Assembly (NCBI GenBank): GCA_016180645.1
Contig: JACPAV010000015.1
Span: 1 to 64,000, forward strand
Origin: Nitrospirota bacterium
GTDB taxonomy: Bacteria > JACPQY01
Length of the DNA: 64,000 bases
Direction of reading: 5' to 3'
This document shows, piece after piece, positions 48,501 through 56,459 of the stretch. The first letter of the stretch is position 1. Each line of letters opens with the position of its first letter. The position numbers and the translations under genes are program-made. Under the pieces are notes generated by a model. That model searched no databases. It worked only from the letters and a program-made list of their open reading frames with translations, and was not told the origin of the DNA.

Positions 48501-50146
48501 ACCAATACGGCCAGCTTGGGGATGGAACGCTCGCCAGCAAATCCACTCCGGTGGCCGTCAGCACGCTCACGAATGTTGTGGCCATCGCGGGAGCGTGGTG
48601 GCACGTCTGTTCGCTTCTTTCGGACGGTACGGTGAAGTGCTGGGGACAGAATACCTACGGTGGGCTTGGGGACGGGACAGTTGCCAGCAAATCCACTCCG
48701 GTGGCCGTCAGTACGCTCACGAATGTTGTGGCCATCGCGGGAGGATCGAATCACACCTGTTCCCTACTTTCCGACGGCACGGTGAAATGCTGGGGGTGGA
48801 ATCCCTACGGTCAGCTTGGGGATGGGGCGACGGTGCAAAAGACGACTCCCGTGGCCGTCGCCACGCTTTCCGGTGCGATCTCCGTTGCGGGAGGGAGCGG
48901 CCACTCATGCTCGCTTCTTTGGGACGGCACGGTCAAATGCTGGGGGTACAATCTCTACGGCCAGCTAGGAGACGGGACGACGGTGAACAGATGGGCCCCC
49001 GTGGCCGTCTCGATGCCCCCCGCCGCAGGCGGGGTGAAACTTCCGCGCCTCCACGAATCCACCGCCTCCGGCGCCCCCGCCCGCCCCTTCCGCGAAGGGA
49101 TCTCCGCCCACCGCGGCAACCATTCTTGCGCGCTCGTTTCAAACGGAACGGTCAGATGCTGGGGATGGAACACTAATGGTCAGGTTGGGGATGGGACCAC
49201 CGCCAACCGCCTAACGCCCACCGCCGTTTCTTCTTTGACGAACGTCGTGGCCGTAGCGGATGGGGGCATTCACACCTGCGCGTTGGCATCGGATGGAACG
49301 GTAAAATGCTGGGGAGACAATGCTTACGGCCAGTTGGGGGACGGCACGACGGTCGACAAATCGACGCCTGTTTTCGTCTCCACACTCACGAACACCGTGG
49401 CGGTGACGGGTGGGAACGCTCACACCTGCGCGCTCACCTCGGACGGCTCGGCCACATGTTGGGGATACAATTTGTTCGGGCAGTTGGGGGACGGCACGGG
49501 GGCCGGCAAATCGACGCCTGTTTTCGTCTCCACACTCACGAACACCGTGGCGGTGACGGGTGGGGACAACTACACCTGCGCGCTCGCATCGGACGGAACG
49601 GTAAAATGCTGGGGACGCAACAATTACGGCCAATTGGGCGACGGGACGACAGCGGGCAAGTCGACGCCCGTGGCTGTCTCGACGCTTTCGGGCGCCGTTG
49701 CCGTCGCGGCAGGGGCCGATCACACCTGCGCCCTGGCTGCCGACGGAACAGTCAAATGCTGGGGCGCCAATGCCGATGGCCGGTTGGGGGACGGCACCAC
49801 AGTTGACAAGTGGACGCCCGTTTCCGTCTCAACGCTCACGAACGTCGTGGCCGTAACGGGCGGCGGGACCGCTCACAGCTGCGCCTTGGCTGCCGACGGA
49901 ACAGTCAAATGCTGGGGAGCCAATGGACAGGGCCAACTGGGCGACGGGACGACGGTGAACAAGTCCACCCCGGTCGCCGTCTCCATGCTCACGAACGCCG
50001 TAGCGATAGCGGGTGGGGACGTTCACACCTGCGCCCTGGCTGCCGACGGAACAGTCAAATGCTGGGGATCTAACAATGTCGGCCAACTCGGCGACGGGAC
50101 GACGGTGAATCGGTTGACCCCCGTCCCGGTAATCAACTTGCCATGA
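45539..50146 (+). CDS. Giant lipoprotein A: shared N-module, Ig-like domain, DGxDNDCDG repeats, FN3, two 7-blade RCC1/BLIP-II propellers
   Basis: Lipobox LAAC after MTRLSL; four E.CD..DNDCD repeats; 14 CWG.N..GQLGDG-type blades. Confidence 0.9.
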   Translation: MTRLSLPRSWIRSLRLSLPFYLLLLTFSLPLAACYRKTKHTESNKIPSDSLPLDVSLPLSTEVAAALNGVADQDELVVDVLVNDELVAEGVRGGIRAGVRASEQSGVRGGIRASQAGGVRGGVRGGVRGAGGTEPIPGAPAREPVNRDPVNQIGTSGSRGHGITGSRKQASESELAFAFEVTSFLPRKSARDGENNFHTRVRPGRHPDVSLVEVKTTVKMSVPSSVAAGFTPDGSSTGDGRPTTDDFEFEIEIEDTDIDLSEVDLPDLDGNGIATITEVAALIGSEAVGAGLPARSLDDAIAIASDATSTQKPTQEQAQAAFQSLAAKLEKKVVADFKAAGVTPPAEVKIEIKEIDLTPPETTVDGRRTTVDGSWTFTFTCNETFCTFRCSVDGAEFAPCSSPVTLSCAAVVAGFTPARPVPVAAGFSLRPKDAPVKGAPTSCTPGEHELAVFALDALGNRDTTPAEITFTVLPSCIPSAEICDGLDNDCDQLVDEDWVAAPFTGASSDAGIKPAATVASLGQSCTVGVGACQTTGAFICKSDGTGTVCDAVAGSPSAEICDGKDNDCDGKTDEDIPSASCSTGSPGICSAGLQACVNGSLTCAQRLSPIAEICDGLDNDCDGQTDEDFVASGFTPDGPLGQTCSTGVGECARAGTFVCKADGTGTSCNTVAGSPAAETCDSKDNDCDGLTDENFVCDTTAPTFSGLTSATAISASQINLSWTAASDAVSPASSLIYDICQTTTSGGCSAFTPTYTTAAGATSYSPGTLSPGTRYFYVVRARDEVGNADTNNIERSARTWSTIGVAQAVTTHLGYHTCSLQSDGTVKCWGLNDFGQLGDGTTVNKSTPVAVSTLSGAIAVAGGTSHTCSLLSNGTVACWGNNGDGRLGDGTVVNKSTPVMVSTLTNAVAVAVGGGHNCSLHSDGTAKCWGYNRNNIATGTGQLGDGTTTDKSTPVAVSSLSNGVAVAAGTYHTCFLLSDGAVRCCGDNQYGQLGDGTLASKSTPVAVSTLTNVVAIAGAWWHVCSLLSDGTVKCWGQNTYGGLGDGTVASKSTPVAVSTLTNVVAIAGGSNHTCSLLSDGTVKCWGWNPYGQLGDGATVQKTTPVAVATLSGAISVAGGSGHSCSLLWDGTVKCWGYNLYGQLGDGTTVNRWAPVAVSMPPAAGGVKLPRLHESTASGAPARPFREGISAHRGNHSCALVSNGTVRCWGWNTNGQVGDGTTANRLTPTAVSSLTNVVAVADGGIHTCALASDGTVKCWGDNAYGQLGDGTTVDKSTPVFVSTLTNTVAVTGGNAHTCALTSDGSATCWGYNLFGQLGDGTGAGKSTPVFVSTLTNTVAVTGGDNYTCALASDGTVKCWGRNNYGQLGDGTTAGKSTPVAVSTLSGAVAVAAGADHTCALAADGTVKCWGANADGRLGDGTTVDKWTPVSVSTLTNVVAVTGGGTAHSCALAADGTVKCWGANGQGQLGDGTTVNKSTPVAVSMLTNAVAIAGGDVHTCALAADGTVKCWGSNNVGQLGDGTTVNRLTPVPVINLP
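46805..47088. repeat. Inverted pair of GTAG-type REP doublets (46805-46860 and 47033-47088) inside gene A
   Basis: gtagccgcaggcttta..gcctgcgt--acgcacccgtaaagggtgcg.ctac and its near-exact reverse complement. Confidence 0.85.
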
Positions 50147-50179
50147 GAATACGGATGAGCGGTCAGGCCGCCCCCGAGG

Positions 50180-50299
50180 CTAGGACCCCGATGCTTCCTT
50201 GCGCTGACGCTCGTACTGGTGGCCCATGATGAACGCAAAAACGAGGATGCCGGCCATGACCGCCAGAAACACATATCCAACGATTTCCGCGTTGCTCAT
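50180..50299 (-). CDS. 39-aa single-TM peptide (not in ORF track)
   Basis: MSNAEIVGYVFLAVMAGILVFAFIMGHQYERQRKEASGS; ATGA overlap with upstream stop. Confidence 0.6.
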   Translation of the reverse strand: MSNAEIVGYVFLAVMAGILVFAFIMGHQYERQRKEASGS

Positions 50300-50514
50300 G
50301 GTCCCATCCTATCGCCATCCAGCTTTCCCGTCAACCAGAACCCGGCCGCCAAACAGCCGACACCAATTGCCATCCCCAGGAAATCCACACCCAGCCTGGT
50401 TCCATCGACAAAAGCGTCCGCCACGCTGCCCGAAAGAACAACGAGACTTGCACTCTTCAAAAAATCCGCCATCCACTCAACCTGCCGCCTCGTCCACTTC
50501 ATCAAGCCGTTCAT
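50296..50514 (-). CDS. Small two-TM membrane protein
   Basis: WMADFLKSASLVVLSG...FLGMAIGVGCLAAGFWL; GAGG upstream. Confidence 0.65.
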   Translation of the reverse strand: MNGLMKWTRRQVEWMADFLKSASLVVLSGSVADAFVDGTRLGVDFLGMAIGVGCLAAGFWLTGKLDGDRMGP

Positions 50515-50626
50515 ACGCCTCTTTCACCACCTACTCAAGTATCTTCTTGGCGGCCAGTTCGCCCGCCTCCTACCATCAGAAACTTGCCTCCCTCACTTTG
50601 GCCGTGCCAAGGGGAGAAAACGGTCG

Positions 50627-53600
50627 ATGAGACGACATCCAGCAATCCTACTCCTTGTTGTCCTCCTTACCTTCTCTTGCAGCGGTTCCAGGAAGTCTGA
50701 GAGGGGTCCATCTGCTCCAGTCGGCGGCGTCGAAGTGACCTTGGCCATTCCGCTCACGCCGGAGCAGGCGGCGGCTTTGGAGGGGGTCCGCGCGGGCCGG
50801 CGGGGTATCACCCGACCGGATGAAATCACGCGAGTGGATGATATTTCGAGAGTAGATGACCTTGTGCGCGTTGACGAGGTGGTGGCGGACATCGCCGTCA
50901 ACGAAGAGGTGGTGGCCGAAGGCGTCCGCGGCGGCATCCGCGCGGGCGTCCGCGGGGGGATTCGCGCCGCGGAGGCCGGAGGAGTCCGGGGAGGCGTGCG
51001 CGGCGCAAGCGCCCGTTTCCCGTCTACTGTCTACCGTCTACTGTCTACCCGCCGCCAGATCGCCGAACCGCCTGCGCTGGCCTTCGAAGTCGTCTTCGCT
51101 CTGCCCGGGCAATACGCCGTGGCGGGGGAGTACCCTCTCATGGCGCGCCTGCGGTCCGCCGCCCAACCCGACGTCGGTTACGTCCAAGTCAAGACGACCC
51201 TCAAGGTCAAGGGGACGCAAGACGCAGGGCGCACGACGCAGGGTGAAGGCGAGGAGGGAGCCGACCAGGAACGAGGAACCAGGAACGAGGAACTTGGCTT
51301 TGTCATCGCAATCGAAGAGACCCCCATCGAGGTGAGGGATGTGGAGTTGCCGGATGACGACCAGGACGGCATCGCCACCCTTGTGGAGGTGGCTACGGTG
51401 CTCGCCCTGAGCGATGCGGAGGGGCCTGCGGCATTGGAGCAAGCTCTATCGGCAGCCACGAACCGCGAGTCACGCGTCACGAGTAACGACGTGCAAATCG
51501 CCTTCGGCCGGCTCACCGAGGCGTTGGACTCGACCTTGCAGAAGCAGGGGGTGGAGACGCCGATAACGCTGGCCGCGATCGACCTCACACCACCGGACAC
51601 CGCGCTGAGCGCGGTCAGTGGCGCGTTGCCAGTGGCGAGTGGCGCGTCCATCAAGAGCGGACAAGAAATCACCCTCACGTTTTCCTGCTCCGATACGAGC
51701 AACGAGCTATGCTTCTTCCGTTGTTCCCTTGACGGCGCTCCGTTCTCTCCCTGTTCCTCGCCTGCCGCCTATCGCCCACCGCACGGCGACCACGTGCTCG
51801 CCGTGCGGGCCGTGGACGCCATGGGCAACACCGATCCCACGCCGGCCTCCTTCACCTTCAAGGTTGTTTCGACCTTTGGTCCCAACGATCATCTCCCTCG
51901 CGGCCAGATGATGGAGGCCAAGGTGTCTTCCAAGGGCGCCGCCGTGGCCGCCGATGCGGGCAAGGCGAAGCTGGTGTTTCCTCCCGGCGCGGTGACGCAG
52001 GAGTTGAGCGTCAAGATCAAGAAGCTGGACCCGGTTTCGACGCCGGTGCCGCCCGGGTCCCACGGCGAGGTTTATGAGTTCGGCCCGGAAGGCACGGTGT
52101 TCAAAGCGCCGGTCGAGATGACGCTGGCGTATCAGGAGACGGACGTTCCCAAAGACTCGCTGGAGGGCCAATTGACCTTGGCGACGGAGGTGAGCGGATC
52201 GTGGCAGGTGATTCCCGGATCGGGTGTGGATGTCGCCCTGAACGAAGTGAAGGGTCCCGCCACGCATTTCTCCCGGTTCACCATCATCACAGACACGACC
52301 CCACCCCTTGCGCCGGATCCTGCGAAGCTCACGGTTGCCATGAATCCTCCCGGTACAGCCGATACCATCCAAGGCTCCTCCGGTTCCGTCGAAGCCGGCA
52401 GTAGCGTCCGAATTTATTCGGACGGTCTTGTCACCTCCCTCATTGCTCAAACCTCATCGCTCGCTGACGGCAGTTTCCCTGCCGTCAGCGTGGGCGATAA
52501 CGCAAACGCCACGGTCTACATCACCGCCACGGACGGAGCCGGCAACCAGAGCGCGGTGACGATCATGACCAACGACATCACCCCTCCCGACACAACGCTC
52601 GTAGGGGCGGGCTTGCCCGCCCTCCTGACGAACCAAACCTCGGCTTCATTCTCGTTTTCCTGCTCCGACGTAGGGGCGACGTCCACGTCCCCCGCGTGCT
52701 CCTTCGAATGTTCCCTCGATTCCGCGTCTTTTTCTTCCTGCTCATCACCCACAACCCTCAACTCACAACTTGGCGGCGCCCACACCTTCTCCGTCCGCGC
52801 CCTCGACGCCGCCAGCAACCCCGATCCCACCCCGGCTTCCTACACATGGACCGTCGAGACGACTCCTCCCTCGGCCGGTGCGGTCACCCCCTCCAACGCC
52901 GCCACGGCCACTCACGTGGACAGCCCCTTCGACCTCTCGGCCACGTTCGCGGATACCGCGGGTGTCATCTCCTGCGAGCACTGCAAATCCACCGACGGGA
53001 CGTGCGACACCGAATGGGCTGCCGGGACGTGGGGTGCCGGAACCTGTTCGGTTACGGCTCTTGCATGTACGGACGGCCAAACCCTCACGCTCAACATGAG
53101 AGCAACGGATGGGGTCGGCAACGTCGGGACGGCCTCGACCGTGACACGCACCTGCGACACGGCCGGCTCTACCTGCTCCGTCTCGTCCATCACCGAGGGT
53201 ACGAATCCGGGTGACCAGCATGTTTCGGGTGCAACGCTTTACTATCGCAACGCGGGGGCTGGGAACTTCACGGTCAATGTGACCGCGAGCGACGGGGGCT
53301 CCGGCGTGCAGAAGCTGGTATTCCCCACCACGGTTTCGGCGGGGGGAGAGGATACGTCTTCTCCGTACTCGCTCGCGTATTCCTGGACGACCTCTTCCAC
53401 GTTCGACGGTTCCGCGGCGATTACGGCCCACGACAACGTGGGAAACACAGGGACCTGCTCGTTTACGGTTACGCTGGACACGATGGCGCCTTCGGGCGGG
53501 TCGGTGAGCATCACGGACGGCTGGTACAACACGGCGAGCGTGCCGGTCACGTTTGTCAACGGGACGGATGCTTCATCGGGGTTGGGGCAGAGGCTGTTGC

Positions 53601-56143
53601 AGCGGCGTTCCGCAACGCTTTCAAGCGGGGCGTGCGGCACCTATGGGTCCTACACTACGATTGCAACCGATCCATCGTCTTCGCCCTACAACGACACCAC
53701 GGTGGCCAATGGCAACTGCTACCAGTATCAGTTCGTCGTCAACGACAACGTTGGAAACGCAAATACGTACAGTTCGGCCTCCACGGCAAGGGTGGATACC
53801 GCGGCACCGACGTTCGGCGGTGTTACGAGCGCCACGGCGGTTTCGGCGAGCCAGATTGATCTCAGTTGGACGGCAGCCACGGATACCGTAAGCGTACAGG
53901 CGAACATCGTCTACGAAATCTGCCAGACGACAACCTCCGGTGGTTGTTTGACCTTCACGGCAACTTACACGACCACTGCCGGTGCCACTTCTTATCCCGT
54001 TGTTACCTTGTCCCCTGGTACCCGTTATTATTTTGTCGTTCGTGCGAAAGATGAAGCGAACAATGTGGACGCCAACACCGTCGAAAACTCCACCGTCACG
54101 TGGGGACAGAACATTATTCAGGCCGTAGCAGTTGGAGGGACTCTTACATGTGCCCTTATCGCCAATGGGACCGTCAAGTGCTGGGGACGCAATGACTACG
54201 GTCAACTCGGCGACGGGACGACGGTGGACAAGAGCACCCCCGTGGCCGTCTCCACGCTCACCAGTGCCGTCGCCATCACGGGAGGGAACTTGCACACCTG
54301 CGCGCTGGTCTCGGGCGGGACGGTCAAATGCTGGGGATACAATAACAACGGTCAGCTCGGCGACGGGACGAAAGGGCCGACGGCGGACAAGAGCACCCCT
54401 GTGGCGGTCTCCACGCTCACCGGCGCCATCGCGATCACGGGAGGGTGGGGGCACACCTGCGCGCTGGTCTCGGACGGGACGGTCAAGTGCTGGGGAGCCA
54501 ATTACTACGGTCAACTCGGCGACGGGACGACCGGGCCGACGGCAGACAAGAGCACCCCTGTGGCGGTCTCCACACTCACCGGCGCCATCGCGATCACGGG
54601 AGGCGACTACCACACTTGCGCGCTGGTCTCGGACGGGACAGGCAAATGCTGGGGAGACAATGTCTACGGTGAACTCGGCGACGGGACGCTGGTGGACAAG
54701 AGCACCCCTGTGGCGGTCTCCACGTTCACCGGTGCCGTCGCGATCACGGGAGGGAACGGCCACACTTGCGCGCTGGTCTCGGACGGGACAGGCAAATGCT
54801 GGGGGAAAAATCTCAACGGTCAGCTTGGGGACGGGACGACCGCCAACCGCCTAGCGCCCATCGCCGTGTCTTTCCTTTCCAGCGCCGCGGCCATCGCGGG
54901 GGGTAGCGCTCACACCTGTTCCCTCCTATCCGACGGCACGGTGAAATGCTGGGGCTACAATGCCTACGGCGAACTCGGCGACGGGACGACGGCGGATAAG
55001 ACCACCCCCGTTGCCGTCTCCATGCCCGCCGGCCCAATGGGCATAAAACTCCCCCGCCTCCACGAATCCACCGCCTCCGGCGCCCCCGCCCGCCCCTTCC
55101 GCGAAGGGCTTACCGCCCACCTCGGCTCTCACACCTGTTCCCTTCTTTCGGACGGAACGGTGAAGTGCTGGGGGTCGAATTGGCAGAATCAGCTTGGGGA
55201 TGGGACGGCCGCTGATAGATCCACGCCGGTCGCCGTGAGCACGCTCACGAATGCCGTGGCCGTGACGGGAGGGGAGTATCACACTTGCTCGCTGCTTTCC
55301 AATGGGACGGTCAAGTGCTGGGGGCCCAATGGTTACGGCCAACTGGGCGACGGGACAGTGGCTAACAAGTCCACCCCGGTGGCCGTCAGCACGCTCACGA
55401 GCGCCGTGGCCATCGCGGGCGGATTCTATCACACCTGTTCACTCCTCGCGGACGGCTCGGTCAACTGCTGGGGCTACAATGCTAACGGCCAGCTTGGGGA
55501 CGGGTCGAACGCCGGCAAGTCCACGCCGGTGGCCGTGAGTACGCTCACGAATGCTGTGGCCATAGCGACAGGGGGTAGGCACACCTGCTCGCTGCTTTCG
55601 GATGGGACGGTCAAGTGCTGGGGGTACGCGGTGCTCGGGGACGGGACGTGGGTCGATAAGACCACGCCGGTCGCTGTCAGCACGCTCACGAATGCCGTGG
55701 CCGTGGCGGGAGGGAGCAATCACACCTGTTCGCTTTCCGCTGATGGTGGAATCAAGTGCTGGGGGTTCAATGACTTCGGCCAACTCGGGGATGGGACGAC
55801 CACCGATAAATCCACACCGGTCGCTGTCAGCACGCTCACGAACGCCGTGGCCGTGACGGGAGGGAACCTTCACACCTGTTCGCTCCTTTCCGATGGTTCG
55901 GTTAGATGCTGGGGAAACAATCCATTCGGTCAGCTTGGGGATGGGACGACCACCGATAAATGGGCCCCTGTCGTTGTGAGCACAGTCACGGCTGCCGTGG
56001 CCGTTGCAGGAGGGCAGGTTCACACCTGTGTGCTCCTTTCGGACGGCTCGGTCAAGTGCTGGGGGAACAATGCCAACGGCCGGCTCGGCGACGGAACGAC
56101 GGCCAGCAAATCAACGCCTGTTCAGGTGTTGTATTTGCCGTGA
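50627..56143 (+). CDS. Giant lipoprotein B: shared N-module, Ig-like/ZU5-like/FN3 stalk, RCC1 propellers (6+7 blades)
   Basis: MRRHPAILLLVVLLTFSC lipoprotein signal with GGGGAG RBS; 13 CWG blades. Confidence 0.9.
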   Translation: MRRHPAILLLVVLLTFSCSGSRKSERGPSAPVGGVEVTLAIPLTPEQAAALEGVRAGRRGITRPDEITRVDDISRVDDLVRVDEVVADIAVNEEVVAEGVRGGIRAGVRGGIRAAEAGGVRGGVRGASARFPSTVYRLLSTRRQIAEPPALAFEVVFALPGQYAVAGEYPLMARLRSAAQPDVGYVQVKTTLKVKGTQDAGRTTQGEGEEGADQERGTRNEELGFVIAIEETPIEVRDVELPDDDQDGIATLVEVATVLALSDAEGPAALEQALSAATNRESRVTSNDVQIAFGRLTEALDSTLQKQGVETPITLAAIDLTPPDTALSAVSGALPVASGASIKSGQEITLTFSCSDTSNELCFFRCSLDGAPFSPCSSPAAYRPPHGDHVLAVRAVDAMGNTDPTPASFTFKVVSTFGPNDHLPRGQMMEAKVSSKGAAVAADAGKAKLVFPPGAVTQELSVKIKKLDPVSTPVPPGSHGEVYEFGPEGTVFKAPVEMTLAYQETDVPKDSLEGQLTLATEVSGSWQVIPGSGVDVALNEVKGPATHFSRFTIITDTTPPLAPDPAKLTVAMNPPGTADTIQGSSGSVEAGSSVRIYSDGLVTSLIAQTSSLADGSFPAVSVGDNANATVYITATDGAGNQSAVTIMTNDITPPDTTLVGAGLPALLTNQTSASFSFSCSDVGATSTSPACSFECSLDSASFSSCSSPTTLNSQLGGAHTFSVRALDAASNPDPTPASYTWTVETTPPSAGAVTPSNAATATHVDSPFDLSATFADTAGVISCEHCKSTDGTCDTEWAAGTWGAGTCSVTALACTDGQTLTLNMRATDGVGNVGTASTVTRTCDTAGSTCSVSSITEGTNPGDQHVSGATLYYRNAGAGNFTVNVTASDGGSGVQKLVFPTTVSAGGEDTSSPYSLAYSWTTSSTFDGSAAITAHDNVGNTGTCSFTVTLDTMAPSGGSVSITDGWYNTASVPVTFVNGTDASSGLGQRLLQRRSATLSSGACGTYGSYTTIATDPSSSPYNDTTVANGNCYQYQFVVNDNVGNANTYSSASTARVDTAAPTFGGVTSATAVSASQIDLSWTAATDTVSVQANIVYEICQTTTSGGCLTFTATYTTTAGATSYPVVTLSPGTRYYFVVRAKDEANNVDANTVENSTVTWGQNIIQAVAVGGTLTCALIANGTVKCWGRNDYGQLGDGTTVDKSTPVAVSTLTSAVAITGGNLHTCALVSGGTVKCWGYNNNGQLGDGTKGPTADKSTPVAVSTLTGAIAITGGWGHTCALVSDGTVKCWGANYYGQLGDGTTGPTADKSTPVAVSTLTGAIAITGGDYHTCALVSDGTGKCWGDNVYGELGDGTLVDKSTPVAVSTFTGAVAITGGNGHTCALVSDGTGKCWGKNLNGQLGDGTTANRLAPIAVSFLSSAAAIAGGSAHTCSLLSDGTVKCWGYNAYGELGDGTTADKTTPVAVSMPAGPMGIKLPRLHESTASGAPARPFREGLTAHLGSHTCSLLSDGTVKCWGSNWQNQLGDGTAADRSTPVAVSTLTNAVAVTGGEYHTCSLLSNGTVKCWGPNGYGQLGDGTVANKSTPVAVSTLTSAVAIAGGFYHTCSLLADGSVNCWGYNANGQLGDGSNAGKSTPVAVSTLTNAVAIATGGRHTCSLLSDGTVKCWGYAVLGDGTWVDKTTPVAVSTLTNAVAVAGGSNHTCSLSADGGIKCWGFNDFGQLGDGTTTDKSTPVAVSTLTNAVAVTGGNLHTCSLLSDGSVRCWGNNPFGQLGDGTTTDKWAPVVVSTVTAAVAVAGGQVHTCVLLSDGSVKCWGNNANGRLGDGTTASKSTPVQVLYLP

Positions 56144-56459
56144 CGAGTGGCGAGTGATGAGTGGCACGTTGAAAAACAGGTTGCGGACAACGATCCACGG
56201 GCCACGGAAAACGGACCTGTCTGCCGTGCCGGGCACGGCACAGGCAGGTCGGACGCCCGTCCCGGTCGCCAACGTCCCATGACCCATCTATATCAAATGC
56301 GTGCGCGTCTTGGGCTTGGGAATGGTAGCCGACCCGTTGCGAGGAATCGGCCGGATGTCGTATCTCTCCATCGTCACAATCGGGTAGGCAAGATCGTCCA
56401 CGACGTAGGTATCGGTCGATGGATTGCGCGGCATTGGCCATGCATAGGTCAGTAGGGTA

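Noticed and set aside
45371-50626. Upstream starts at 45371 and 50219 for genes A and B
   Set aside because: Lipoprotein signal peptides begin at 45539 and 50627; the extension of B overlaps plausible antisense genes.
56144-56459. Intergenic heptamer clusters and short palindromes between genes B and C
   Set aside because: Ordinary intergenic members of the repeat families already reported; no separate function is supportable.
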